From an uncultured archaeon (GTDB lineage: Archaea > Aenigmatarchaeota > Aenigmatarchaeia > QMZP01 > QMZT01), in assembly GCA_964346665.1 (NCBI GenBank), contig CAYFVC010000026.1, forward strand, positions 18,197-82,196: a DNA stretch of 64,000 nt, read 5' to 3'. A program made the translations under genes and the position numbers. The notes below the pieces were generated by a model. It was not told where the DNA came from. It saw only the letters and a program-made list of their open reading frames with translations, and searched no databases. Shown here piece after piece: positions 1 through 9,221 of this stretch (its first letter is position 1; every line of letters begins with the position of its first letter).

Positions 1-57
1 CCTCCGAAGCCAGAAGCCTTGATACAAGCGATTGTTAAGGTCATGGAGAAGATGTGA
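1..57 (+). CDS. C-terminal fragment of a NuoB-like protein (complex I 20 kDa subunit / energy-converting hydrogenase small-subunit family); 5' end lies outside the window
   Basis: Frame 1 is open from the window edge to TGA at 55-57. The tail PPKPEALIQAIVKVMEKM resembles the conserved NuoB C-terminus (..CPP.PEAL..). The next gene starts 2 nt after the stop. Confidence 0.4.
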   Translation, partial: PPKPEALIQAIVKVMEKM

Positions 58-58
58 T

Positions 59-448
59 ATGCACATAGAAAATTATATTAAACGCTTAAAGCCGAAAAGT
101 GAAGGAAATAATTTATGGATTTCCATCGAGAGGGGTAAATTTCGGAAAGTTCTTAAGGATCTGAAATCCCTTGGTCTGTCAAGGATATCCTCCATAACAG
201 GGGTTGATGAAGGAAAAAGGATAGACGTTATTTATCATTTCATCCACAAAAAGAAAACAATAAACATAAAGCTATCTGTTAATAAAAAAGACGGTGTTGT
301 TGACACGATAACTGACATGTACCCTGGGGCGAACCTCTTCGAGAGGGAATTATCCGAAATGTTGGGGGTCCAGGTGAAAAATCACCCAAACCTGAAAAAG
401 CTGTTTCTAGCGAAGGGTTCGCCTAAAAGTCCTCTGAGAAGATCTTAA
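59..448 (+). CDS. NuoC-like 30 kDa subunit (complex I / membrane-bound hydrogenase family)
   Basis: An in-frame stop at 20-22 rules out the TTG start at 32; ATG at 59 gives MHIENYIK... The motif YPGANLFERELSEMLGVQ matches the NuoC/30-kDa signature (..WFERE.YDMFG..). Confidence 0.55.
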   Translation: MHIENYIKRLKPKSEGNNLWISIERGKFRKVLKDLKSLGLSRISSITGVDEGKRIDVIYHFIHKKKTINIKLSVNKKDGVVDTITDMYPGANLFERELSEMLGVQVKNHPNLKKLFLAKGSPKSPLRRS

Positions 449-470
449 ATTCTTCACGTAATTTTTTGAA

Positions 471-1277
471 TCACTTGAACCCTATTGCGTAATACGAAAC
501 GACAGAGGAAAAATCGCCTGTTGAATCCCCTGAATTTGTTTGTTGTATTACCTTCGCTGTTTTGAGGTTGAGGGATTTCGCTACGTACATAAGTACGGCG
601 ATAGGTCCGTATCCGCATACAGATGCGTCAATCTCTTCGAGCGTTCGAAACAGTCCTTTGGTGTCGAGTTTATGAATTCTTTCGATAGCTTTCTCATCCT
701 TTTCCTTCGCGACCTCTTTCGGAAGGTAGTGGGAAAAGTCAGAGGAGGCGATAACATCGATGTTCTTCCCATTTATGGTTTTGGCAATGTGTTTTCCGAG
801 AGTTTCGCATTTACCTAGGAATTCTTCTGAGTAATCAATGTTCGCTATGCTTATCGGGACAAAGCGAAGGTCCTTGAATCTATGCTGAAGAAATGGGAGC
901 TGAACTTCAATAGAATGCTCGTGTGTATGCGAAAGGTAATCTTCCCGAACGACCTCGCACTTTTTGATTTCATTCGCAAGTTCCGAGTCTATTTCTACCC
1001 CTCCCATGGGGGTTTCCCATTCACCCGATCCCATTATTGAGAATTCGCTTCCTATCATGTTGTGGTTCGGACCTAAAATTATGAAACTTTTTGCTGGCCT
1101 CAGCGATTGTATCGCATAAGCGGCGGTCTTTCCGGAATATTCATAGCCAGCGTGTGGCGAAACTACGCAAATAAAATCGTTAGCTTTCGTGGATTCAAAG
1201 AGTTTCGAGAGCATTTTCGCTAGCGAATCCCTGCTGAACGGGTAAAACATCCCTGCAACTATGGGCTTTCTTTTCAT
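471..1277 (-). CDS. MEMO1-family protein (AmmeMemoRadiSam system protein B)
   Basis: VAGMFYP N-terminus, SPHAGYEYSG, and HEHSIEVQLPFLQ are hallmark Memo motifs. Confidence 0.8.
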   Translation of the reverse strand: MKRKPIVAGMFYPFSRDSLAKMLSKLFESTKANDFICVVSPHAGYEYSGKTAAYAIQSLRPAKSFIILGPNHNMIGSEFSIMGSGEWETPMGGVEIDSELANEIKKCEVVREDYLSHTHEHSIEVQLPFLQHRFKDLRFVPISIANIDYSEEFLGKCETLGKHIAKTINGKNIDVIASSDFSHYLPKEVAKEKDEKAIERIHKLDTKGLFRTLEEIDASVCGYGPIAVLMYVAKSLNLKTAKVIQQTNSGDSTGDFSSVVSYYAIGFK

Positions 1278-1307
1278 GATTTCTAATTGGCTTCAAGGTT
1301 AAAAAAT

Positions 1308-2126
1308 TTAAATGTAAGAGACCTTGAGCTGCTTTCTTATGTGTTTCAAAGGACTCAGGAAATAGAAATCGAAATCACACGTTAGTTCACTCCTCACCTT
1401 GTATTGGTTCTTTGTTGTCCTTATCCTGAATTCCGTTGTTTCCCCGGGGTCCAATTTCTCAACTTCTATTAGCCATGTCTTGGATTCCAGTGAAAAGAAC
1501 GAGGTGTATATCGTGTAATCATCACTTTCGAATTTGTTTTCGTAACCTAATTCCTTATACCCCTCAAGGATCTCAACCCTGTCCGCATCTATGCTGTCTA
1601 TTTTGTGTTTAGTCGCGGAATCCGTGCAGTTATAGGTTGCGCGAATGTTTCGGATTTCCGTGTTACTTGCTGTTATGTTAAGGTAGAAATCCGGCTTCTT
1701 ATCGGTTTCGTTGCTTCCTGTGTGTATGAACACGAAAGTATCTCCTTCCATGTAATCTGGACCACCATATCGGTGGAAGAAATCCGTCATATCTATCACC
1801 ATGCAATCTTGCGGGCATTCATTAGCGAGTTCTTCGCTTTTATCACATACCCCATTCCCACAGCATGGCTTTATTATGTCGTGTTTGCATTCGAAATTAG
1901 TATGTAAGGAACAGGAATCCTTTGTGCAGGGGTTGGAATCATCGCACGATTCCGGACATTCTTTCTCGTCTATATCGCACACGCCATTATTATCCTCGTC
2001 AAAACAACATCTTCCGCCTATGAGTTTTTCGGGATCCACGCATGTAGGTACTGTCTCCTCTTCGAATGTTAAGCACCCTGCAATCAGAATTACAAAAATA
2101 ATTGCAAATGGAAAAAATTTCCTCAT
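1308..2126 (-). CDS. Cysteine-rich secreted protein or lipoprotein, function unknown
   Basis: N-terminal hydrophobic signal ending in a lipobox-like IAGC. More than 20 Cys in the first 110 aa with CxxxC / CC spacing, and several N-x-S/T sequons. Confidence 0.5.
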   Translation of the reverse strand: MRKFFPFAIIFVILIAGCLTFEEETVPTCVDPEKLIGGRCCFDEDNNGVCDIDEKECPESCDDSNPCTKDSCSLHTNFECKHDIIKPCCGNGVCDKSEELANECPQDCMVIDMTDFFHRYGGPDYMEGDTFVFIHTGSNETDKKPDFYLNITASNTEIRNIRATYNCTDSATKHKIDSIDADRVEILEGYKELGYENKFESDDYTIYTSFFSLESKTWLIEVEKLDPGETTEFRIRTTKNQYKVRSELTCDFDFYFLSPLKHIRKQLKVSYI

Positions 2127-2163
2127 ACTTTAAATTATCGTTACGGGTTAATAAAAATTTGGT

Positions 2164-3858
2164 CTACATCCTCTCCAGAGCCTCTATACCGAGCAGATTA
2201 AGGGCATTTTTCAAAACAATGGAAACAGCCTTGACTAGGGCTAGCCTAGCAGATCTCATTTCTCCCTTCGCCTTCAAAACAGGCAGAAACTGGTAAAACT
2301 CGTTGAATTTGGTCGAAATTTCGTAACAGAAATTCGCGATGTAGTGCGGTCTCATGTCATCCCCCGATTTCCTCACAACATACGGAAACTTCGATATCAT
2401 TTGAAGGAGATGTTTCTCGTGAGGTTCTTTGAGCAGGGACATGTTGAATCTCTTCGGGAATCCCTTTGCCTTTCTAAGAATAGAATTCGCGCGAGCGCAT
2501 GTATATTGTAGGTAAGGGGCGTTGTTTCCTTCGAAAGACAAAGCGTCTTCGACTCTGAAAGCATATGTTTTTTCAGGGGAAACCTTTATCATTGCGTATT
2601 TTAATGCTCCAACGCCAACACTTTCAGCTATTTTCTTTTTCTCTTTCTTCGAGTACTTCGGCATCTTTTCATTAACCGTTTTCATTGCGGTATCAATTGC
2701 TTTTTTGATCAAATCGTCCACGGATACGAATTTTCCTTCTCTCGTGGACATCGATCCCTCAGGTAATTTCAAAAACTCGTAGAAAAGGATTTCGTAATTT
2801 TTCGCCTTCTCGGGCATTATCAACTTTAGGGTGGAAACGATCTGATCGAAATACAGTTTTTGGTCACCACCCATGACGTTTATGTTGAAATCTGATTTCG
2901 ATAGTTTGTAGTTGTGGTAGGCGAGATCCCTGAGCGTGTACATTGAAGTTCCGTCAGACCTTGTCAGGTTGAATTCCCTTTCGATTCCGAATTCCTTGAG
3001 ATCAACCCATACCCTTTTCCCATCTATCTTTGCTTTGCCTGTCTTTTTTACTCTTTCAAGAATTTTCTGAACATCTTTGTTGAAAATATATTTGCTCTCA
3101 GGGGAATAATTATCTACCTTTATTCCGAGTTTATCAAAGGTTTTTTTGTGTCCTTCCAAGCATTTTTTTGTTAAAAAAGTGAAATATTTTCGTAAGGTTT
3201 TGTCTCCTTTCTCGAACCTCTGTATTATCTTCTTTACCTCTTCTTCGAGATTTTCATTTGCTTTCAGCTCTTTGTTTCCTTTTAAATAGAGGTCGAGTAC
3301 CCACCAATCTGGCTTTCCCTTAACTTTTGGTTTTTTCTTAATGTATTCCATAACGGCTATCGCAATCTGCCTTCCTGTATCGTTTACCAGGAAATCTGTT
3401 TTTACCTTGTTTCCCGCGAAGGACAGTATTCTCGCAAGGGAATCTCCAATCACGGTGTTTCTGAAGTGTCCTAAATGCAAAGGGCCGTCTGGGTTTGCTG
3501 AGGTGTGTTCCACAAGAATTCTAATCCCTTTCTTTCCTGACCCGTATTTTTTTCCCTCTTTCAGAACCTGCCCAACAACCTTCTGCCCGATCTTGTCCCA
3601 ATTCGCAGAGAAATTAAGATACCCTCCCTTTGGCTCGACCTTTGCAATCATACCGGAGGGTTTGATTTTCGAAGAGAAGTCTTTCGCTATCACGTCTGGG
3701 GGTTTTCTTAGTTTTTTCGAGACTATGAAGCAGGGGAAGGCGAGGTCCCCGAATTCGGGCTGGGGAGGTTTTTCGAGGATTATATCTTCTTTTTTGATCT
3801 TCGACTCTTTAGCTATCTTCTTCTTTACTTCATCTTTGAATTCCTCAAAAAGGTTCAT
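2164..3858 (-). CDS. argS: Arginyl-tRNA synthetase
   Basis: 564 aa with a class I HLGH motif and C-terminal anticodon-binding domain sequence typical of ArgRS (..QYTCARANSILRKA..). Confidence 0.9.
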   Translation of the reverse strand: MNLFEEFKDEVKKKIAKESKIKKEDIILEKPPQPEFGDLAFPCFIVSKKLRKPPDVIAKDFSSKIKPSGMIAKVEPKGGYLNFSANWDKIGQKVVGQVLKEGKKYGSGKKGIRILVEHTSANPDGPLHLGHFRNTVIGDSLARILSFAGNKVKTDFLVNDTGRQIAIAVMEYIKKKPKVKGKPDWWVLDLYLKGNKELKANENLEEEVKKIIQRFEKGDKTLRKYFTFLTKKCLEGHKKTFDKLGIKVDNYSPESKYIFNKDVQKILERVKKTGKAKIDGKRVWVDLKEFGIEREFNLTRSDGTSMYTLRDLAYHNYKLSKSDFNINVMGGDQKLYFDQIVSTLKLIMPEKAKNYEILFYEFLKLPEGSMSTREGKFVSVDDLIKKAIDTAMKTVNEKMPKYSKKEKKKIAESVGVGALKYAMIKVSPEKTYAFRVEDALSFEGNNAPYLQYTCARANSILRKAKGFPKRFNMSLLKEPHEKHLLQMISKFPYVVRKSGDDMRPHYIANFCYEISTKFNEFYQFLPVLKAKGEMRSARLALVKAVSIVLKNALNLLGIEALERM

Positions 3859-4171
3859 AATAATTCTATTATCATAAGCAATTATTAAATTAACAGTTTT
3901 GAGCTACCTTCTATCTTTCTCTACAGATTTAAGGTAGTCGCCAATAACATTTTTAAAAAAACTGTCATATTCAATACCTTTGGGATTGCCGTCAATATTA
4001 TATGAACTACCAAAGAAATCAAGAATTACGTCACCTGGAGGGCCATGCTTCAGGTTTGTTAGCCCCGATGTTTTCGATTTCATTCCACTTTCTATAGAAA
4101 GAAGTGTTTATATAGTTTTCGTTGTATTTATAACATTATGGAACATTTTTGTTCCATTTGGGACTGATAGT

Positions 4172-4762
4172 ATGCCGAGCATTTCAGAGAATGTCTGGCT
4201 GTACGTAAAAGGGAAACCTTACCTTCAGGAAGCCTTGGAGAAGGGGATAGTCAACTACTCCGCACTCGCAAGGATGATAGACAGGGAAATGGACGGAAGG
4301 AATTTCGATGCTGTAAAGGCAGCGCTGAGGAGGTTGAATGAGAGGTTGGGAAAGGAGAGGAGGAATGTGGAGCAGAAAGTTCTGAAGGTTATAAAGGCTA
4401 GCATACTCGAGATGCGTGACAAAATAGCCGTGATAATATCGAACAGAAAACTTGATATGCCTGTTATAGCTAGCGCGAAAAGCAAAAGCGGTTACACTTA
4501 TATTGTGGAGGGGAATGTTATCGAAAGGGTTGAACACAAGGATTTCCTAAAAATCCAAAAGAACCTCAGCATGATAACGATAATAAGTCCAGAGAGCCTT
4601 GAGGATACACCAGGGGTTCTATCCTATTTGCTGTCTTCGCTTGTGGCTGAAAACATAAACGTCGTTGAATTCGTATCCTGTTACAAGGACACGTTGCTGG
4701 TTTTCAAGGATGCTGATATAACGAAAGCATTCGAAATCTTATCGGAAAGGTTAAGGGTTTAG
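4172..4762 (+). CDS. ACT-domain-containing regulatory protein (archaeal conserved)
   Basis: Start moved to the internal ATG at 4172 (MPSISENVW...); the upstream part of the long ORF is AT-rich promoter-like sequence. The C-terminal ..NVVEFVSCYKDTLLVFKDADITKAFEILS.. resembles an ACT fold. Confidence 0.45.
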   Translation: MPSISENVWLYVKGKPYLQEALEKGIVNYSALARMIDREMDGRNFDAVKAALRRLNERLGKERRNVEQKVLKVIKASILEMRDKIAVIISNRKLDMPVIASAKSKSGYTYIVEGNVIERVEHKDFLKIQKNLSMITIISPESLEDTPGVLSYLLSSLVAENINVVEFVSCYKDTLLVFKDADITKAFEILSERLRV

Positions 4763-5532
4763 CGGCTCAAAACCTTCAACATTTTCTTATGCAAATATTT
4801 GTTCGCTGCAAGAATGCTTGATCTCTTCATTTCGAGTGGCTTCCCTTCAGTGGTTGTAACGATTCCGCCTGCCTCTTTCGCTATTGAGGAAGCGGCAGCG
4901 AAGTCCCATGGTTTTAGAACAAATTCCCAGTAACCATCAACCCTTCCGCACGCTACGTAACATAAATCAAGTGCTGCCGATCCTGATCTCCTTATGCCAT
5001 GGATACCCTCATAAAAAAATTCACCTATCTTCTTTAGTGTAATATTCATCTTTTGATCTCTGAAGTAATAAAACCCCGTATTTAGAAGTGAATTTTTAAG
5101 GTCTTTGTTTTTCGAAACTCTTATCCTTTTTCCGTTGAGGTACGCTCCTTTTTTCGCAAGAGAATGGAACATCTCCTTTCGCAAAGGATCGTAAACAACC
5201 CCCAGTTCCTGTTTGTTCTTCCTTACCAAGGCAATGGAAACGCAGAAGAATGGATAGCCGTGCATGAAATTCGTCGTCCCGTCAAGTGGATCGATTATCC
5301 AAAGGTTTTCGGAGTCACCTTCGCTTCTCGTTCCCTCTTCCGAAATTATTCCGTGACTTGGGAAATTCTTTCTTATTAGGGAGGTTATCAGTTTCTCTGA
5401 ATTCTTGTCCGTGTTTGTAACGAAGTCTATCTTTGTTTTGAAGTTTATTATCCTCCTTGTTTTGAATTGATTTGTTATCAACTTTCCGGCTTCTTTCGCC
5501 GCATGCATAGCGACTGAAAGCTCACGTGGCAT
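4759..5532 (-). CDS. suhB: Inositol monophosphatase / fructose-1,6-bisphosphatase family protein
   Basis: WIIDPLDGTTNF and the following GYP..SIAL motif are the IMPase/FBPase-IV metal-binding signature. The start was chosen at MPRELSVAMHAAKEAG to avoid overlap with cutA. Confidence 0.8.
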   Translation of the reverse strand: MPRELSVAMHAAKEAGKLITNQFKTRRIINFKTKIDFVTNTDKNSEKLITSLIRKNFPSHGIISEEGTRSEGDSENLWIIDPLDGTTNFMHGYPFFCVSIALVRKNKQELGVVYDPLRKEMFHSLAKKGAYLNGKRIRVSKNKDLKNSLLNTGFYYFRDQKMNITLKKIGEFFYEGIHGIRRSGSAALDLCYVACGRVDGYWEFVLKPWDFAAASSIAKEAGGIVTTTEGKPLEMKRSSILAANKYLHKKMLKVLSR

Positions 5533-5563
5533 GTAACGCATACTTGGTATGCGTCTTTTGAAA

Positions 5564-5875
5564 TTATTTTGTTTCATCCTCGATCCACTTCGTGTACTCT
5601 TTCGAACCTCCGATAATGGGGAGAGCGATGATCTCAGGGTTTTCGTATTGATGTACTTGCTTAACCCTTTTTATGAGTTTCCTCAAAACCCTTTTCTTCG
5701 TCTTCACCATAAGAAGGACTTCATCGCTTTCGTGTATCTTACCGCTCCACCAGAAAAGGGATGTGAGATTTGGAAGGATGTTCACACAAGCTGCCAGCCT
5801 TTCTTTCAACAAGATATCGGCTATCTTTTTCCCGTCCTTCGCATCAGGACACGTTATAAAAACAACTAGGTACAT
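5564..5875 (-). CDS. cutA: Divalent-cation tolerance protein CutA
   Basis: 103 aa; ..AACVNILP...S.FWW.GKI..E.L.VKT.. is the CutA1 pattern. Confidence 0.8.
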   Translation of the reverse strand: MYLVVFITCPDAKDGKKIADILLKERLAACVNILPNLTSLFWWSGKIHESDEVLLMVKTKKRVLRKLIKRVKQVHQYENPEIIALPIIGGSKEYTKWIEDETK

Positions 5876-5883
5876 GACAAAAC

Positions 5884-6567
5884 CTATTCTATTAGAGTTC
5901 CCACAAATTTTTTCCTATTTATCGCATTTTTAATGTTCTTGAAATCCTTTCCGTTAAGCACGATCGTTTTGATCCTGATATGTTCAAGAAGTTTCGCCGC
6001 AACGGGGTCCATTATGGTAATGGGACCTGCCCTGTGTTTTTTAACCTTCACCATTTTATGAAGTTCTTTTGCGCTTATTTTCTTTAGCATTTTCGCACCC
6101 TTGTGTTTGTCAGGATCCTTGTTGTAAATTCCCTTCACATCAGTTCCGATTATTATCAGATCCGCTTTGAAGAATTCACCTGCCGCTACGCTTACAGCAT
6201 CCGTTGTCTGTCTTAGAACAGTTCCTCCCATCACGATTACCTTCCCTGATTTTATCGCTTCTTCCAGGCGCTCTTTGTTCTTCACAAGTCTGTTGTATGC
6301 GTGTTTACCCAGAGCGGAGATAAGGATCATCGCATTCATCCTCGTCCCGAGTATGCCTATGAAATCGAGTGTGTCCTCGTCTGGTTTGAAAGTCCTTGCA
6401 GCCTCTATGTAACTCTTCGCCACCATTCCTCCGCCTGTCACCACTATAATCCTGTGTTTTTTTCTTTTCAGGTCAATGATGAATTTCGAGAACTTCTTCA
6501 TGTAATTAAGGTCTGGCGTTCCTTCAGGACACAAAACCGATCCGCCTATGTCGAAAACTATCCGCAT
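5884..6567 (-). CDS. pyrH: Uridylate (UMP) kinase, archaeal type
   Basis: MRIVFDIGGSV N-terminus and VVTGGG, amino-acid kinase fold; start taken at the second Met (MRIV). Confidence 0.85.
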   Translation of the reverse strand: MRIVFDIGGSVLCPEGTPDLNYMKKFSKFIIDLKRKKHRIIVVTGGGMVAKSYIEAARTFKPDEDTLDFIGILGTRMNAMILISALGKHAYNRLVKNKERLEEAIKSGKVIVMGGTVLRQTTDAVSVAAGEFFKADLIIIGTDVKGIYNKDPDKHKGAKMLKKISAKELHKMVKVKKHRAGPITIMDPVAAKLLEHIRIKTIVLNGKDFKNIKNAINRKKFVGTLIE

Positions 6568-6620
6568 GCAAATCACCTTGTTAATAATATATGTTTTTAG
6601 TATTTATTGTTCAATTTTTA

Positions 6621-7124
6621 TTATTTTCTGAGACCACGCATTTTCTTTCCAGAAGATGTCAGACCCCGGAAAACCCTTCCTTTATGCTTTTTCTCGGAAA
6701 TCCATTTCCTTTCCTTATCTCTCGAAACGTTCGGGTTTTTGGGGTCGAGAAGGACGACTTCGAACCATTCATGTTGACCGTCTTCCCCGACGTAATACGA
6801 ATTGAGAACCTCAAGATTCGTGAACTTTCTTGCGACTTTTTCTTCACCTATCAACTGGTTTGATTTGGCTGGGGGGAAGAACCTACCCATTTTTTTCGGG
6901 ACTCTCCCACCCTTGAACTTCGGGCGCTTTCTTTTCCCCTTCCTAACGCGAACCCTAGCGATAACGAAACCCTGTTTTGCTTTGTAGCCTAGGGTTTTCG
7001 CGCGATCAAGTCTTGTTGGCCTTTCGATCTTCTTTACGACACTTTCCTTTCTCCATCCAACAAGCCTTTTTTTCTGTATTTCCTTAAGGTTCTTATTTTT
7101 TCTTACGCTGAAGTTTTTGATCAT
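6621..7124 (-). CDS. rpl15e: 50S ribosomal protein L15e
   Basis: [28 protein letters not shown] matches the L15e core (..[19 protein letters not shown]..). Confidence 0.85.
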   Translation of the reverse strand: MIKNFSVRKNKNLKEIQKKRLVGWRKESVVKKIERPTRLDRAKTLGYKAKQGFVIARVRVRKGKRKRPKFKGGRVPKKMGRFFPPAKSNQLIGEEKVARKFTNLEVLNSYYVGEDGQHEWFEVVLLDPKNPNVSRDKERKWISEKKHKGRVFRGLTSSGKKMRGLRK

Positions 7125-7215
7125 TTTATCACTTTACGGGTGATTTAGATATTTAAACATAAAAAGATATAAAAAGTTATAAATTCAAATTAACTTTATA
7201 AGGGGTGTAAAACAT

Positions 7216-7479
7216 ATGCATGCAGCAGTTAAAATCATAATAGGGCTGATCTTGATCCTCATTGGTCTGGGATTGTTCGTTGATTCAGTTTACCCAATCT
7301 TCGGTTCTACAGGTTTTTTCCCAGGTGACTGGCTTAAAAACTTCGTCGTAGTGTTGACAGGTGTGATACCGATATTCCTCATTCTTCTGGGGCTGTTCAT
7401 AGTGTGGCTTGAGGCGGATGAGCTGAAAACATCGAAGGAATTCGAGGAACCGAAGGAAGAGAAGCCTGAGGAGAAGTAG
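7216..7479 (+). CDS. Small membrane protein, two predicted TM helices, acidic C-tail
   Basis: Hydrophobic ORF with ATG start 16 nt after an AT-rich region; no recognisable family. Confidence 0.4.
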   Translation: MHAAVKIIIGLILILIGLGLFVDSVYPIFGSTGFFPGDWLKNFVVVLTGVIPIFLILLGLFIVWLEADELKTSKEFEEPKEEKPEEK

Positions 7480-7526
7480 ATCACAACTCGATTCTTTGAA
7501 TCAAAGAGTCTTTAATATCTGTGTTT

Positions 7527-8030
7527 TTATTCTTTTTTTCCAGCCTTTTCTCGTTTCAGCATATTCTTGAGCTTTCCGTCTATCTCTTCGCTGTATTCGA
7601 TTTCGAGGGATTTCCTGTAACTTTTCTTCGCTAGCTCGTAATCCTTTATCTTTTCGCTAGCCTTTCCTATAATGTTGTAACACCATTGTACAATGTACAT
7701 GGAATTGGATTTAGAAAAATATTTTTTCGCTTTCATCGCGAAGTTTATCGCATTGTTGAAGTCGTTGAAAGCGAAAGAATGATCAGCAGCACATTTGTAG
7801 GACCATCCAGCTTTGAAATTATTCCCCAGTTTCAGGCTGTATCTTGCCGCATCCATGGAGAAGTCCACCGCTCGCTTGTCGTTAATCGAGCCCGCAAGCC
7901 TAGCGGACTCCTGATATAGAGAAACCGCTTTCGAATAATCCTCTCTATCAACCGCTCTCTTTGCTTTCTTCACCAGCTTTTCTATTTCCTTTTCTATCCT
8001 CTTCCTATCTTTCTCATTCGTTTCAGGCAT
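7527..8030 (-). CDS. TPR-like repeat protein
   Basis: Repeated A/Y/W-rich helical 34-residue-like units (..AVSLYQESARLAG.., ..KAGWSYKCAADHSFAFNDFNNAINFAMKA..); charged N-terminus. Confidence 0.45.
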   Translation of the reverse strand: MPETNEKDRKRIEKEIEKLVKKAKRAVDREDYSKAVSLYQESARLAGSINDKRAVDFSMDAARYSLKLGNNFKAGWSYKCAADHSFAFNDFNNAINFAMKAKKYFSKSNSMYIVQWCYNIIGKASEKIKDYELAKKSYRKSLEIEYSEEIDGKLKNMLKREKAGKKE

Positions 8031-8074
8031 AACAATAAAATATTAACCTAATAATTCAAAAACCTTATTCTGGC

Positions 8075-9211
8075 TTACATCCCAAGCTGTTCTCCCCATT
8101 CCTCGTATTTTCGAATGGTTTTCTCGTCCACCGTTCTCTTCACCTTGGAGAAGGAGCGATCAAAATCTTCCTTTGTGAGCGATCTGTAATTCATGGCATA
8201 TTTTTCGATTTGCGCAGGCGTCAGCTCCTCAAGCTTCGGGTTTTGTTCCCTAACCATGAGCATTATCGCTTCCCTGCAGACACTTGCTATGTCCCTTCCA
8301 GAATACCCCTCGCCCATTTCAGCTAGTTTATTTATTGTGATCTCAGCAAGCGAAACCCCTTTCAAATGGATTTCAAAAATCTGCTTTCTTGCTTCCAAAT
8401 CCGGGAGGGGAGTGTAAATCCTTCTTTGGAACCTCGAAACCATAGCATCGTCGAGGTCCCATGGTTTGTTCGTGGCCGCTATCAGTATGACCTTTTCATC
8501 GGGTTCGGTGGCGAAACCCTCTATCTCCATGAGCAATTGGGAGACAACTCTCCTTGTGGATTCTTGAATGCCCGAATCCCTGCTAATCATCACAGAATCA
8601 AACTCATCCATGAAGATTATCGAAGGCTGGCTCTTTCGAGCCTTTTCGAACAACATACTCACTATTTTAGAGGACTCCCCGAAGTACTTCGAAAGCAAAG
8701 TGGAAGTTCTCGCCTCGAAAAAGTTAGCTTGCAGGGTGTTGCTCGCCGCTTTTGCCAGCAATGTTTTCCCGGTTCCCGGAGGGCCGTAAAGAAGAATGGT
8801 TCGGGGGGCTTCCACGAAATCTGGTTTTTTGTGTATCATGGGGAGTATTATTGCTTCCTTTACCTCCCTTTTCACTTCCTCCAAACCCCCTATATCATCC
8901 CACTTAACCGTGGGTTTTTCTGAGATAACCATACTGTCTATCGCCTCCGGAGACTTCGCACGTGTATAAGGGGTGGTCGAGCTAATCACATTGCTCATTG
9001 TCTCGTATTGGGAGGCAGATTGAAAGAAAGATTCTGCGTATTCCCTCGGGGCGACATAAGCAAGCCTTCTGTAGATCGAGGCCGCTCGTTGGTAATGAGC
9101 TACCGCCTGCTTGGATTTCCCCTCTGATTCGAGCTTTTTCGCGGTATCGATTTCGTGCTGTAATTGTTGCTTTAAAAGTGAATGCCTAAGTTCTCCCATA
9201 AATATCACCAA
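8075..9211 (-). CDS. cdvC: Vps4-type AAA+ ATPase with N-terminal MIT-like domain (CdvC-like)
   Basis: Walker A ILLYGPPGTGKT, Walker B IIFMDEFD, and an N-terminal three-helix MIT-like segment (..QAVAHYQRAASIYRRLAYVAP..). Confidence 0.8.
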   Translation of the reverse strand: MVIFMGELRHSLLKQQLQHEIDTAKKLESEGKSKQAVAHYQRAASIYRRLAYVAPREYAESFFQSASQYETMSNVISSTTPYTRAKSPEAIDSMVISEKPTVKWDDIGGLEEVKREVKEAIILPMIHKKPDFVEAPRTILLYGPPGTGKTLLAKAASNTLQANFFEARTSTLLSKYFGESSKIVSMLFEKARKSQPSIIFMDEFDSVMISRDSGIQESTRRVVSQLLMEIEGFATEPDEKVILIAATNKPWDLDDAMVSRFQRRIYTPLPDLEARKQIFEIHLKGVSLAEITINKLAEMGEGYSGRDIASVCREAIMLMVREQNPKLEELTPAQIEKYAMNYRSLTKEDFDRSFSKVKRTVDEKTIRKYEEWGEQLGM

Positions 9212-9221
9212 AGAGAAAAAA

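Noticed and set aside
32-58. TTG start at 32 for the NuoC-like ORF (the ORF-track call)
   Set aside because: An in-frame stop at 20-22 and the ATG at 59, immediately after the upstream gene's TGA, give a more conventional coupled start; the TTG-initiated extension adds only MLRSWRRCD.
1605-2133. Plus-strand ORFs of 100 and 110 aa
   Set aside because: They lie antisense to the Cys-rich lipoprotein gene and are S/H-rich low-complexity; they are likely non-coding.
3980-4171. 5' extension of the 260-aa ORF upstream of the ACT-domain gene
   Set aside because: The stretch is AT-rich with TATA-like runs and hydrophobic low-complexity translation; the internal ATG at 4172 gives a compact protein, so the extension is treated as promoter/UTR.
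8366-8923. 185-aa plus-strand ORF
   Set aside because: It lies antisense within the Vps4 AAA ATPase gene and has no recognisable domain.
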